Origin: Fibrobacterales bacterium | GTDB taxonomy: Bacteria > Fibrobacterota > Fibrobacteria > Fibrobacterales > JAOPTW01 | DNA length: 64,000 nucleotides | NCBI GenBank assembly: GCA_051532035.1 | Contig: JAOPTW010000056.1 | Location: 6,571-70,570, forward strand | Direction: 5' to 3' | In this document: positions 1 through 9,621 of the stretch, piece by piece | How positions within the stretch are numbered: position 1 is the stretch's first letter | Layout of the letters: each line of letters begins with the position of its first letter | Position numbers and translations under genes: made by a program | Notes under the pieces: model-generated | Told to the model about the DNA's origin: nothing | The model's database searches: none | What the model saw: the letters and a program-made list of their open reading frames with translations, nothing else

Positions 1-192
1 TTTAATTTTGTAAGCATTGTGCCTCCTAAAGTCCTTTGTTGATCAAGTCAGATCATTCTGAATCACAATACACTATGAAATTTGGGTAATTTGGGTACTC
101 TTTCTGTTGTTATATCATTAATGGTAATAATTTCTTTGCATTTATGACAAAAAAGTAGGAATATCAGTTAAAACTTATAAAGAGATTATGTA

Positions 193-1197
193 ATGAAAGG
201 TATAAACTGTAAAGCCGTCATAGGTGTTTTGTTTTTAGGTGCAACATTAAGTAGTGCTGCAGATGAATCGATTGTAGGAAGCGTTAATCCGAATCCCGCA
301 ATGGAACTCGGTGGTGTTGTTACGGTAGATTTTGGTGGGCCTACCGATAAGTTGAAGGATCAGCCTGTGGAAGTGGGTACCGTAGAGCTTTCGGCGAATG
401 TACCCGTTTCAAATGAGATACTTGCTTCTATAACATTGGTAGGTCAAAAGGGCCTTACCCAAGTTGCTATCGACGCGGCAGTAGTCGAATGGAGGCTCTC
501 CCACGTGCCTCTCACACTCCTTATGGGTGAAAATGACATTGGACACGGCCTTAATTCAACGCGACTCATTAGTGACCCGCTCATGAAAGACCTAGGATTT
601 GGTCTAAAGGGCCCATCTGTATCGGCTGTCTACTCTGCGGGTATGCTTTCTCCATTTGTAGGTGGAGTGTACCTTGCTACCCCAGGTGAAATGAGTTACG
701 TTGTCGAGGGGCCCGGTGTGCAAGTTGTTGAGGGAGAAGCGTCTGGAGTCTACCGAGGTCTTGTTGGGGTCGAAGCAGCTCCAAGTGAAAAGATAATGGT
801 TAGGGCATCGGGGTCACTCGGTAAAGAGTACCAAGATGCTGTAGTCGGTTCCGAAATTTTGGTTGCGGGTTTAACTATCGACCTTGAAGGATATTATCAG
901 TTTATTAAAGGTGATCAAATGAGCGGCTGGTATACCGGTGTCGCGTATCAGGTGTCAGAGATGTTTGGACTTGCAACACGGTACGATATGGCTACGAAGA
1001 ATAGTTATGATGGCTATGAATCGCGTATTGGAGTTGGTGGATCATTCTCATTTGCTCATGGCCTTTTTGCTGCAGTAGAATATGGCAGAACGCTTCCGAG
1101 TGAAGGGAATGGTGAGAATACCATAGCCTTACAGATTGGATTAGAATCATCACTTGAATTACCAGGGTTTCAACGTAAGACTCTTAAACAACAATAA
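193..1197 (+). CDS. secreted beta-rich protein, possibly a porin-like outer-membrane barrel
   Basis: 334-aa ORF with an N-terminal signal peptide ([24 protein letters not shown]). Gly/Val/Ala-rich alternating pattern with aromatic-rich C-terminal third. No catalytic motif recognised. Confidence 0.35.
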   Translation: MKGINCKAVIGVLFLGATLSSAADESIVGSVNPNPAMELGGVVTVDFGGPTDKLKDQPVEVGTVELSANVPVSNEILASITLVGQKGLTQVAIDAAVVEWRLSHVPLTLLMGENDIGHGLNSTRLISDPLMKDLGFGLKGPSVSAVYSAGMLSPFVGGVYLATPGEMSYVVEGPGVQVVEGEASGVYRGLVGVEAAPSEKIMVRASGSLGKEYQDAVVGSEILVAGLTIDLEGYYQFIKGDQMSGWYTGVAYQVSEMFGLATRYDMATKNSYDGYESRIGVGGSFSFAHGLFAAVEYGRTLPSEGNGENTIALQIGLESSLELPGFQRKTLKQQ

Positions 1198-1237
1198 AAA
1201 TTTAAACACCATAATAAATACTACCGAGGAGGTCAGT

Positions 1238-2938
1238 ATGTTCAAAAGTAAATCGTTAAAAGCGAAACTCTTGACAGGATTTTTAACCATAGCAGGTGTA
1301 GTACTTGTTGTGGGGCTATTAGGATTTTTCTCTGTAAAAAATATGGAGAGTACTTCGAGAGAAATTATTGAAGCGTCCCCACTTATGGATGCAGCTATGG
1401 AGATGAAAATATCTGTGGCCCGTGATATGCAGATGATCATGGAGCTTCTTGCATCAAGTAATACAGAAGATTTAGAAGGTGTTTGGAGGGAGCATGAAAA
1501 TTTGGTCGTTGACTTTGACACCTTTGCTGATGCGATACTTAAGGGTGCAGTCATTGATAGCGAAACGTTTTATGCTGCTAAAAATCCTCGTCTCAAGGAG
1601 ATTGTAAACGAGGCAGATCAGTTTCATAATTCAGAGTTTCAACCACGCATTAAAGGTATTTACGAAATTATGAAGAGTAAGCTTTCAGGGGCTGACAATG
1701 TAGATGAAAAGAAACTCCAGGAGCTTGATGCAGGCGCTGATGAGACTGGCGAAAAAATGTTGGTTATAATAACGGGAATTGAAAATGGCGCAAAAGCAGA
1801 GATAACAGAGGCAATAAGGAATTTAGTTGATTTTACCAGCTTTGCTCAAATACAGGCGATTGTGGGGATTCTCATCGGAGTAATTCTTGCAGTGGGTCTT
1901 GGTTTTGTCATTACCCGTTCAGTCACCGGGCCTATCAATGGGATTATTCAAGGGCTGACAGAAGGATCCGATCAGGTGTCGGCTGCTTCGGGTCAAGTAT
2001 CGAGTTCCAGCCAGTCAATGGCAGAAGGTGCATCGGAGCAGGCTTCCTCGGTCGAAGAAATATCGAGTACTCTTGAAGAGATGTCTGCAATGACAAAGCA
2101 GACGGCACAAAATGCAGATCAGGCAAACACATTCTCTATCGAAGCGGGCTCTGCGACTGCAGAAGGACAAAAAGCGATGGAGAAGATGTCAAGTGCGGTC
2201 AATGATATTAAAACGGCAAGTGATGAAACGGCAAAGATTATAAAGAATATTAATGAAATAGCTTTTCAAACAAATCTACTCGCACTAAATGCTGCCGTTG
2301 AAGCGGCGCGTGCGGGCGAGGCGGGTAAAGGTTTCGCGGTTGTTGCAGAAGAAGTGCGGAACTTAGCTCAGCGATCAGCAGAGGCTGCAAATGATACGGC
2401 AAATCTTATTGAGCAATCTCAAAAGTCAGCCGAAAGTGGTGTCAGCTCAAGTGAAGAGGTTGGGACACTGCTGACTAAAATTGCTGAATCGGTCGATAAA
2501 GTAAATCAGCTTATTGGAGAAGTCTCGGCTGCGAGTAAGGAGCAATCTACGGGTATTGGGCAGGTAAATGATGCGGTCAGTGCTATGGATGGTATCATAC
2601 AAGGCAATGCAGCAACTGCAGAGGAGTCAGCTTCTGCAAGTGAAGAGTTGTCGGCTCAGGCAGCTACGCTTAATCAGATTGTTTCAGATTTGGTTGGGGT
2701 TATTCATGGGGTAAATGGAGTTGGTGTGCAGGCTCAGCGAATGCCAGTGTACGTCAATAAGCCGGCCTTATTGCCTCCACGACCCATTTCTGAGCAGGTA
2801 ACTCCCCATAATACCCCTAAAAAGAGTGCATCACCTACAATGAGGCCGGCTGAATATGCCTCCAAGAAGGTTCGGCAGGTAGAAGAGGTGATCCCGTTTA
2901 ATGATGATGATGATGATGATAATTTAAAAGAATTTTAG
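1238..2938 (+). CDS. methyl-accepting chemotaxis protein (helical periplasmic sensor, two TM segments, MA signalling domain)
   Basis: ATG at 1238 follows RBS GAGGAGG. The ORF-track start at 1154 overlaps the upstream gene. Conserved MCP hairpin tip [38 protein letters not shown]. The 75-aa Pro/Lys-rich tail ends in [11 protein letters not shown]. Confidence 0.9.
   Translation: MFKSKSLKAKLLTGFLTIAGVVLVVGLLGFFSVKNMESTSREIIEASPLMDAAMEMKISVARDMQMIMELLASSNTEDLEGVWREHENLVVDFDTFADAILKGAVIDSETFYAAKNPRLKEIVNEADQFHNSEFQPRIKGIYEIMKSKLSGADNVDEKKLQELDAGADETGEKMLVIITGIENGAKAEITEAIRNLVDFTSFAQIQAIVGILIGVILAVGLGFVITRSVTGPINGIIQGLTEGSDQVSAASGQVSSSSQSMAEGASEQASSVEEISSTLEEMSAMTKQTAQNADQANTFSIEAGSATAEGQKAMEKMSSAVNDIKTASDETAKIIKNINEIAFQTNLLALNAAVEAARAGEAGKGFAVVAEEVRNLAQRSAEAANDTANLIEQSQKSAESGVSSSEEVGTLLTKIAESVDKVNQLIGEVSAASKEQSTGIGQVNDAVSAMDGIIQGNAATAEESASASEELSAQAATLNQIVSDLVGVIHGVNGVGVQAQRMPVYVNKPALLPPRPISEQVTPHNTPKKSASPTMRPAEYASKKVRQVEEVIPFNDDDDDDNLKEF
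1910..2710 (+). repeat. 801-nt signalling-domain segment paralogous to 4068-4868 (copy 1)
   Basis: The 267 aa align without gaps to the second MCP at roughly 80% identity by eye, with long identical nucleotide runs such as tcgagtactcttgaagagatgtc. Confidence 0.7.
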
Positions 2939-2951
2939 TATTGAAAGATAT

Positions 2952-2984
2952 AGTGCACTGTTTCTATGGTGAATGCAGTGCACT
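2952..2984 (+). terminator. hairpin between the two MCP genes (weak terminator or attenuator)
   Basis: AGTGCACTG (2952-2960) pairs with CAGTGCACT (2976-2984): 9-bp stem, 15-nt loop, followed by TTATTA. Confidence 0.3.
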
Positions 2985-3062
2985 TTATTAATTATTACAG
3001 TTGTAAAAGGTAAGCAATTGTGAGATAATAAATGTATTGAGATAATACATTGGAGTAATAAT

Positions 3063-5054
3063 ATGTTTCAAGGGTTTAGCATTGGAAAAAAGCTCGCCTA
3101 TAGTTTTGGAGTGGTGGTGCTGTTGCTCGCTGTGGTTGCTGTCTGGGCCGTTGTGGGTATAGGTGGTATCGTAGGAAATGCAGAAGAGGTTATCTCTGGG
3201 AATAAACTCAGGGGTGAGATGGTGCAACGAGAGGTTGATCATCTCAATTGGGTTAATGCTCTTAATGATTTTGTAAGTGATCCTGAAGTGAGAACTCTTA
3301 CGGTGACCACTGATCATACAAAGTGTGGTCTTGGAGCATTTCTTTATGGTGAACGGCGTCAAAATGCCGAAGCATTAGTACCTGCTTTGAGTATGCACTA
3401 TACTGATTTAGAAAAGGTTCATATACAACTCCATGGCTCTGCAAAGGAGATTCAGAAGTTTTATCGTCCCGCAGATAAAGCACTCTATGGATTTTTGGCA
3501 GAAAAAGAAGCAGATCATCTCGGGTGGACTAATAGCGTCTTTGAGGTGATTCATTTTAAAAAGAAGAGCCTCACTGTTACGGTTGATCATACTCAATGTA
3601 GTCTGGGTAAATTTATCTATGGTGAAGGTGGTAAAGCTCTTGAAGCGCAAGGAGTATTCGCAGCCACTGCAACAATGCTCAAAGAGGAGCATGTGAAACT
3701 CCATGGTACTGCAAAAAAAATAATAGCGGTATGGAATAATACAAGCCCCAATTCAATTGCCAAAGCAGAGGCGATATTTAAAAATGAAACAATGAGCGCT
3801 TTGAAAGGGTGTCGTAGTGCTATATCTACGTTAAAAAATATTGCTAAAGCAGAAGAGAAAGGGCTCGATGAAGCACAGGCTATATTTCATACTAAATCAA
3901 AGCCTGCCCTACAACAGTCACAAAAACTTTTGGGTGTCATTAATGACCTCATTACTCAAAATGTTATGACCGATGATGAAATGATAAGCCAAGCCGCATC
4001 AACCCGATGGGTGGTTATAGTCTTTTCAATTATCGCGGCAGTATTGGGAATTATACTCGCCTTGTTTATAACTCGAGCAATTGTAGGACCAATAAACAAA
4101 ATAATCGAAGGACTCACCCAAGGAGCTGAACAAGTTGCTGCTGCAGCAGGACAGGTCTCTGGATCAAGTCAGACTATGGCAGAAGGGGCTTCGGAACAAG
4201 CATCATCTGTAGAAGAAATTTCGAGTACTCTTGAAGAGATGTCCGCAATGACAAAGCAAAATGCATCTAATGCTCGGCAGGCAAATACAATCTCTGGAGA
4301 GGCGGGCTCCTCAACTAAATCAGGTCAAGATGCAATGGCCAAAATGACTCAAGTGGTTCAGGATATAAAAACCTCAAGTGATGAAACAGCTAAAATTATT
4401 AAGAATATCAATGAGATAGCTTTTCAGACAAACCTATTGGCTCTAAATGCAGCGGTTGAAGCGGCCAGAGCAGGGGAGGCAGGTAAAGGGTTTGCTGTTG
4501 TCGCAGAAGAAGTACGTAATTTAGCGAAGCGATCTGCTGAAGCGGCTAATGATACCGCTAACCTCATTGAACAATCTCAGAAATCTGCAGAAGGCGGTGT
4601 TACTGCAAGTGAAGAAGTTGGGCAATTGTTGAATGATATTTCTACGGGTGTCGTAAAAGTAAATCAGCTCATTGCAGAGGTGGCTGCTGCAACTGAAGAG
4701 CAGTCAGAGGGCATTGGGCAAGTAAATACTGCAGTTGGTAGTATGGATGGAGTTATCCAATCGAATGCCGCAACTGCGGAAGAATCAGCGTCGGCAAGTG
4801 AAGAGCTCTCTGCTCAGTCAGCGATACTCAATGAAATGGTGAGCGATTTGGTCACTGTTGTGAATGGTCGCTCTCATCGTAGCACCATTAGAACAAGTCA
4901 ACCACAGCACCAACGTCCCAAAGCGGCAATTACAAAGCAGACTATAATACAGACAATTCAACCGGCCACACGTCCACGCAGTAAAGAAGTTTTTTCTCCA
5001 ACGGAAATGGAAGATATAATTCCAATGGATGATGAACTACTCAAAGAATTTTAA
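3063..5054 (+). CDS. methyl-accepting chemotaxis protein with tandem CZB-type zinc-binding motifs in the predicted periplasmic domain
   Basis: RBS GGAG upstream. TM1 at about residues 12-35 and TM2 at about 315-338. Two exact matches to the CZB pattern Hxx[W]..Cx[L]Gx[F]..HxxxH at residues 60-124 and 152-214. MA domain is near-identical to the upstream MCP. Tail ends in DDELLKEF. Confidence 0.9.
   Translation: MFQGFSIGKKLAYSFGVVVLLLAVVAVWAVVGIGGIVGNAEEVISGNKLRGEMVQREVDHLNWVNALNDFVSDPEVRTLTVTTDHTKCGLGAFLYGERRQNAEALVPALSMHYTDLEKVHIQLHGSAKEIQKFYRPADKALYGFLAEKEADHLGWTNSVFEVIHFKKKSLTVTVDHTQCSLGKFIYGEGGKALEAQGVFAATATMLKEEHVKLHGTAKKIIAVWNNTSPNSIAKAEAIFKNETMSALKGCRSAISTLKNIAKAEEKGLDEAQAIFHTKSKPALQQSQKLLGVINDLITQNVMTDDEMISQAASTRWVVIVFSIIAAVLGIILALFITRAIVGPINKIIEGLTQGAEQVAAAAGQVSGSSQTMAEGASEQASSVEEISSTLEEMSAMTKQNASNARQANTISGEAGSSTKSGQDAMAKMTQVVQDIKTSSDETAKIIKNINEIAFQTNLLALNAAVEAARAGEAGKGFAVVAEEVRNLAKRSAEAANDTANLIEQSQKSAEGGVTASEEVGQLLNDISTGVVKVNQLIAEVAAATEEQSEGIGQVNTAVGSMDGVIQSNAATAEESASASEELSAQSAILNEMVSDLVTVVNGRSHRSTIRTSQPQHQRPKAAITKQTIIQTIQPATRPRSKEVFSPTEMEDIIPMDDELLKEF
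4068..4868 (+). repeat. 801-nt signalling-domain segment paralogous to 1910-2710 (copy 2)
   Basis: See copy 1. The two copies are direct repeats 2158 bp apart. Confidence 0.7.
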
Positions 5055-5066
5055 GGAGGTACACTT

Positions 5067-5579
5067 ATGAGTGATACAACAGAAACAGAAACAGTAAATG
5101 ATGTAGAAAATGATATGATGGCAGGAAAGTACCTGACCTTTACCTTAGGTGATGAAGAGTATGGGCTTCCCATTCTGACTGTTCAGAGAATCATCCAAAT
5201 GCAAGATATTACATCGGTTCCTAAAACGCCTGCATATGTTCTCGGAGTAATTAATTTACGGGGGAAAATAATTCCGGTTATCGAGGTCCGTAATAAATTT
5301 CAAATGGAATCAATTGAACCTACCGACAACAGTTGCATTGTTGTCGTTCAGGTTCCAGTGGGTAATACTGAGCTCACTATGGGGCTCCTTATTGATGCAG
5401 TATCTGAAGTTGTCTTTATAGATGATAAACAGATGCAAGAGACTCCCGACTTTGGAGAAGGGGTACAGACTGAGTTCATTACTTCTATGGCCAAGATTGA
5501 TGAGAAGGTGGTGATGTTGCTTGACATTGAAAAGATATTATCGATTGCGGAGCTACAATCCCTTTCCACCCTTAAATAA
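5067..5579 (+). CDS. cheW: chemotaxis coupling protein CheW
   Basis: 170 aa with RBS AAGGAGG. CheW-like signature YLTFTLGDEEYGLPILTVQRI...VINLRGKIIPVIEVRNKF. Sits directly downstream of the two MCP genes. Confidence 0.9.
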   Translation: MSDTTETETVNDVENDMMAGKYLTFTLGDEEYGLPILTVQRIIQMQDITSVPKTPAYVLGVINLRGKIIPVIEVRNKFQMESIEPTDNSCIVVVQVPVGNTELTMGLLIDAVSEVVFIDDKQMQETPDFGEGVQTEFITSMAKIDEKVVMLLDIEKILSIAELQSLSTLK

Positions 5580-5621
5580 TTTTCAGGGATTTTGGCTAGG
5601 CATCTGCTTTGTTACTAAAAA

Positions 5622-5805
5622 CTCGGCGTACAAATAATCGATTTTAAAAGGTCATCTACGTCGTTATTAAAGTCTCGGCGTACACTTTGTACGCTGTCGT
5701 CTTGAATGCCTTGTATCTAATCATTTAAAATCGATTATTGTATTGTCGCTCTGTGCGCTTTGCGCACACTTTCTCTCCACACTCACTCTGCACGCTTTGC
5801 GTGCA
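5622..5805. repeat. cluster of GC-rich mini-palindromes plus a 16-bp long-range inverted repeat (REP/BIME-like or structured RNA)
   Basis: Three hairpins: GCGTACA-CTT-TGTACGC (5678-5694), TGTGCGC-TTT-GCGCACA (5752-5768) and TGCACGC-TTT-GCGTGCA (5789-5805). AATAATCGATTTTAAA (5633-5648) is the exact reverse complement of 5724-5739. Direct repeat CTCGGCGTACA at 5622 and 5674. Confidence 0.55.
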
Positions 5806-5865
5806 TTCGTTGGGTTACCTGATTCATTCTTGTCTCTTTTTTATTATCTTGTTCTAATGGTTTGA

Positions 5866-6897
5866 ATGAAGCTCTTTGTTATGTCTATTGAAATTGAACG
5901 GAAGATGGTGTTGCTTGCTTATATTGCCTATTTTAATTTGGGGCAACGTGGGTATAAGTTTTTTAAAAATTGGGCCTGTGGCAAGGTGTGTACAGAGATT
6001 CAAGAGGGGCTTGATGATTATCGGGCGGAGCTTGGTGTCCAGGAGATTGTGTGGGGGCCGACTATCGATTTCCCTAACTTTTTTGCCTATGCAAATACGA
6101 CCATTTTTGTCTGTCGGGAGAAGGGGAGTAATGATCTCACCTTGGTTATTCGAGGGACTAATCCTCTCTCTCTTAAGACATGGCTCCGTCAAGACTTTGC
6201 CGTAGGTGAGATGGTGAACTGGGACCATAGTGACCCTTCTAAGGGGAAGGTTTCCAAAGGAGCGCGTCGTTCATTGAGTGAGTCCTTAGAGTATGTCCCT
6301 ACAAAAAGTTGTTTTGGGGGCGATCACTTACATACATATTTGGAACGCTATTTTACGAAACACCCAGGGGCTACACTTCGAGTTACGGGGCATAGTCTCG
6401 GCGGTTTGTTAGGGCCAACTTTGACTTTGTGGATGTACGAACGGCTCCCTATATTGCAATCAATACCGATAGAAATTTATTCTTATGCGGGGCCTACTGC
6501 AGGAGATGCTGCTTTTGCAGAGTACTGTGCTACTACCTTGAATAATGGCACCACCACCACACTGAATCGCTATGTCAATCTCTATGATGTTGCGCCTCGT
6601 GCATGGTCGGCGCCTCTGCTCAAAGATTTTATTGATATCTATAATCCCGAAGTCGATTCAGGATTCTGGGATGACTTTATTATCGAGCAAGTAATTGATT
6701 TTATTGATGATGAGGGCTACACCCAGCCTGGTGATGAAATTGTTATTCCTTCATCAGTAAAAGAGGGGCTCCTCTGGAGTACGCTTTTGACTCAAATAAT
6801 ATATCAGCACGTGGCGCCGTATCTTTATAATTGGTTTGAGAAAGAACGAGCAAATAAGGTTCTCAAAGAGGTCTTTAAAAGCTCTATATCATTATAG
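5866..6897 (+). CDS. class 3 (fungal-type) lipase family alpha/beta hydrolase
   Basis: 343 aa with nucleophile elbow VTGHSLGGLLG. YAGPTAGD and a later D follow, as in Lipase_3 proteins. No obvious signal peptide. Start codon uncertain (ATG at 5866, 5881 or 5905). Confidence 0.65.
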   Translation: MKLFVMSIEIERKMVLLAYIAYFNLGQRGYKFFKNWACGKVCTEIQEGLDDYRAELGVQEIVWGPTIDFPNFFAYANTTIFVCREKGSNDLTLVIRGTNPLSLKTWLRQDFAVGEMVNWDHSDPSKGKVSKGARRSLSESLEYVPTKSCFGGDHLHTYLERYFTKHPGATLRVTGHSLGGLLGPTLTLWMYERLPILQSIPIEIYSYAGPTAGDAAFAEYCATTLNNGTTTTLNRYVNLYDVAPRAWSAPLLKDFIDIYNPEVDSGFWDDFIIEQVIDFIDDEGYTQPGDEIVIPSSVKEGLLWSTLLTQIIYQHVAPYLYNWFEKERANKVLKEVFKSSISL

Positions 6898-6899
6898 AA

Positions 6900-7886
6900 C
6901 TAAGACTTCTTAGGCTTTGCAGTATCTATGGCTACGCCTTCTCGGATGCGGACACGCATTTCTGTCAGAAGATCATTTAAGCTATCTTCGAGGGCAATCA
7001 TTGGTTTCCAACCTGTCTCGTTCATTATCTTTTGTGGTGATCCGACAAGGAGTGGGATGTCATTGATGCGCTCTAAGCGGGGATCGATTCTGATGTCAAC
7101 TTCAATGCCCGTGAGTTCAATCATGTCTTCAACTACTTCACGTATTGTACGAGCTTTACCGCTACAGATGTTGTAGATCTTTCTCTTTTCACTGGTGTTC
7201 ATAATAAGCACAAGAGCTCTTGCAAGGTCACGACCATCAATGATGTCTCGTGATACATCAAGGTTACCGGTATAGAGGATAGGTTCTACATGATTATCTA
7301 TAATGTTTATCAGTTGTGATGCAATATCGGGTATAGCAAATCTACGGGAATGCTGTGGCCCAGTATAGAGAAAGGGGCGTGCGATAGACACTTGTAAGCC
7401 ATAGGCTTCATAGAATTGTGTTCCAATCATTTCCATTGCAGCTTTACTGGCAGCAAAAGGGGTGAGTGGTTTCAGCTGGTCTGTCTCAGAGTGTAGCACA
7501 TCAAGAAGTCCGGTGCCTCGGCCATACACTTCACTAGAACTCAAGAGGAGTACTTTTGAGTTAGGAACTGTTTGACGTACTGCTTCAAGAAGGTTTTGAG
7601 TACCAAGAACATTGGTCATCAATGTTTCATAAGGCTTTTGGTGAGAAACCAATACACTTGATTGGGACGCGAGATGGTAAATTTCATCAGGTTTGTAGTG
7701 AGAGAGGACGGCTTTAAGAGCCTTAATATCGTGAAGATTGCCGGTCAAGTATTTAACATGGCCTACTTTGCGGTAGGGGTGTACCTTATTTTCACTAAAG
7801 GAGAGAAGCTCTCCTTTGTGTTTGGTAATAATGTTGAGGAGGTGGTATCCAAGTGAACCCGTACCTCCAGTAACCATAACGCTCAT
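6900..7886 (-). CDS. extended SDR, NAD-dependent sugar-nucleotide epimerase/dehydratase/reductase family (Rmd/GMD-like), with atypical FxxxK
   Basis: The N-terminus VTGGTGSLGYHL is a Rossmann GxxGxxG. SSSEVYG is present, but PFAASK stands where PYxxSK is expected. ARPF..TGP motif also present. Confidence 0.8.
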   Translation of the reverse strand: MSVMVTGGTGSLGYHLLNIITKHKGELLSFSENKVHPYRKVGHVKYLTGNLHDIKALKAVLSHYKPDEIYHLASQSSVLVSHQKPYETLMTNVLGTQNLLEAVRQTVPNSKVLLLSSSEVYGRGTGLLDVLHSETDQLKPLTPFAASKAAMEMIGTQFYEAYGLQVSIARPFLYTGPQHSRRFAIPDIASQLINIIDNHVEPILYTGNLDVSRDIIDGRDLARALVLIMNTSEKRKIYNICSGKARTIREVVEDMIELTGIEVDIRIDPRLERINDIPLLVGSPQKIMNETGWKPMIALEDSLNDLLTEMRVRIREGVAIDTAKPKKS

Positions 7887-7923
7887 AAACTCTCCATTAA
7901 CCCAGCTTTTTTACGGCGTGGTA

Positions 7924-9534
7924 TTATCCAATTGCATCCCACGCTGCATCAACCATCTCTTTTGGAGGGTTAAATACTTTTTCAACTTTCCCCATTTTTG
8001 AGGGAAGAATATAGACTCGTGTATCCTTGTCAGCCTTTTTATCTACAGCCATAGCACTCCACGCTTCTTCTTTATCAATAGTGTAGGTGGTAGGGAATCC
8101 AAAAGCATTCAATAGATCATTTTGACGGGTTTCGTCTTCGGCCTTCCATAGGTGCATTGCAGTAGCCATACGAGCTGCGACACGCATACCCAGTGATACA
8201 GCAATGCCATGCGAGTACTCTTTGTAGTTTGTTACTTTCTCAATAGCATGGCCAAAGGTGTGTCCATAGTTGAGAATCGCTCTGATGTTATTCTCTTTTT
8301 CATCGAGGCCAACAACTTCAGCTTTAATCTCACAACAACGACGGACTGCATATTCAAGAGTGTCATACTCCCTGTCTTTCAGTTTCTGTACATTTGCTTC
8401 GAGCCAGCTAAAAAATTCACTATCCCAGATAACGCCATATTTGATAACTTCGGCAAGGCCTGCAAGGTATTCTATGGGTTCAAGGGTTGAAAGAACATCA
8501 ATATTTATCAGTACAGCTTTTGGTTGGTAAAAGGCGCCGATCATATTTTTACCAGCAGTGTGGTTTACTGCAACTTTACCGCCAACCGAACTATCTACCA
8601 TAGAGAGAAGGGTGGTAGGGATTTGAATAAAGTTGATGCCCCGTTGATAGGTTGCCGCAGCAAATCCTGCCATATCGCCACCGACACCACCACTAAATTG
8701 GAGGAGGGTCGATTTGCGGGTGTATTGTTTGTTGAGCATGTAAGTATAGAGTTTGTTCAAGTTGTTTAAGTTCTTGAAAGACTCTCCTGCCTTAAATTGA
8801 AAGACACGACACTTACCTGCCTGTTTTTGGATTGTTTTAATGTTCTCTTTTTGAGCCCTAAAAACATTTGAATCGGTACAGAGTAGGTAACTGCTCTCAA
8901 TATTCAACCCTTCAAAGATCGATTTAAAGAGGTGCGTAAAGTTTTTGCCGATAAAAATGGGGTAATGGCCACCACTGGTAGTCACCTCAATTTTTTTGTA
9001 TTGCCAGGCGCTTGAAAGTCTCTTGATTTGTGCTACAATGTCCGCAACTTTGCAGGTCTCATTACTTTCGATAGAAAAATCAGCTTGAGAATAATAGGGG
9101 TCGCGTACTTTGAGCATTTGCTCAATCTTGGCTTTACGCTCTTTATCATCGAGTCCCGACATAAGGGGGCGGGTATCTTTTCGTGAAATCCGCTCAGAGA
9201 TCACATCAATGGGTGCCCAAAGGCGTACCAAAATACCTGTTGCTCGAATGATCTTTAAAATTTCTGGATTAGTAACGGCACCACCACCCAACGCAATTAT
9301 TTTTTGCTTCTGTTGAGAGATCTCTGCGACCGTTTCAAGCTCTTTTTGACGAAAATAGGGTTCACCATGAGTCTGAAATATTTCAGATATGGTTATGCCT
9401 TCTTTCTCTGCGATATATTTATCGGTGTCGATAAATTCCCAGTTAAAATTCTTGGCAGTAGCTTCCCCTATACGGGTCTTACCGGTAGCCATAAATCCGG
9501 TAAAGTATATATTACACTCGGGTAGAGAATTCAT
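7924..9534 (-). CDS. aroKB: bifunctional shikimate kinase / 3-dehydroquinate synthase (AroK-AroB fusion)
   Basis: 536 aa. N-terminal P-loop FTGFMATGKTRIG plus shikimate kinase core (about 170 aa). DHQ synthase motifs follow: GGGVGGDMAGFAAATYQRGINFIQIPTTLLSMVDSSVGGKVAVNH and NYGHTFGHAIE. Confidence 0.85.
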   Translation of the reverse strand: MNSLPECNIYFTGFMATGKTRIGEATAKNFNWEFIDTDKYIAEKEGITISEIFQTHGEPYFRQKELETVAEISQQKQKIIALGGGAVTNPEILKIIRATGILVRLWAPIDVISERISRKDTRPLMSGLDDKERKAKIEQMLKVRDPYYSQADFSIESNETCKVADIVAQIKRLSSAWQYKKIEVTTSGGHYPIFIGKNFTHLFKSIFEGLNIESSYLLCTDSNVFRAQKENIKTIQKQAGKCRVFQFKAGESFKNLNNLNKLYTYMLNKQYTRKSTLLQFSGGVGGDMAGFAAATYQRGINFIQIPTTLLSMVDSSVGGKVAVNHTAGKNMIGAFYQPKAVLINIDVLSTLEPIEYLAGLAEVIKYGVIWDSEFFSWLEANVQKLKDREYDTLEYAVRRCCEIKAEVVGLDEKENNIRAILNYGHTFGHAIEKVTNYKEYSHGIAVSLGMRVAARMATAMHLWKAEDETRQNDLLNAFGFPTTYTIDKEEAWSAMAVDKKADKDTRVYILPSKMGKVEKVFNPPKEMVDAAWDAIG

Positions 9535-9621
9535 CTTATTCCAACCACTAAATTATGTTATTGAAAAGATAGATACAATTGACATTTTAGATGGGCAAAA
9601 AAGGCGGTGTTGTTAAAATTT

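Noticed and set aside
66-81. Shared 14-mer ATACACTATGAAAT upstream of the first ORF (68-81) and upstream of the ABC operon (14237-14250), considered as a common regulatory box
   Set aside because: In 64 kb, several exact 14-mer coincidences are expected by chance (about N^2/2 divided by 4^14, more in AT-rich DNA). There is no palindromy or third copy to support function.
1159-2132. Antisense ORFs inside the first MCP gene (1159-1554 and 1944-2132, minus strand), with similar ones at 2988-3704 inside or near the second
   Set aside because: They lie opposite strongly conserved MCP coding sequence, have low-complexity or odd composition and lack RBSs. These are typical shadow ORFs.
5586-5598. 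13-mer AGGGATTTTGGCT repeated at 5586 and at about 35064
   Set aside because: Dozens of 13-mer coincidences are expected in a window this size. The genomic contexts are unrelated.
5854-6228. ORFs 5854-6228 (-) and 5876-6205 (+) overlapping the 5' part of the lipase gene
   Set aside because: They are alternative-frame or antisense shadows with no motifs. The frame carrying GHSLGG is the real one.
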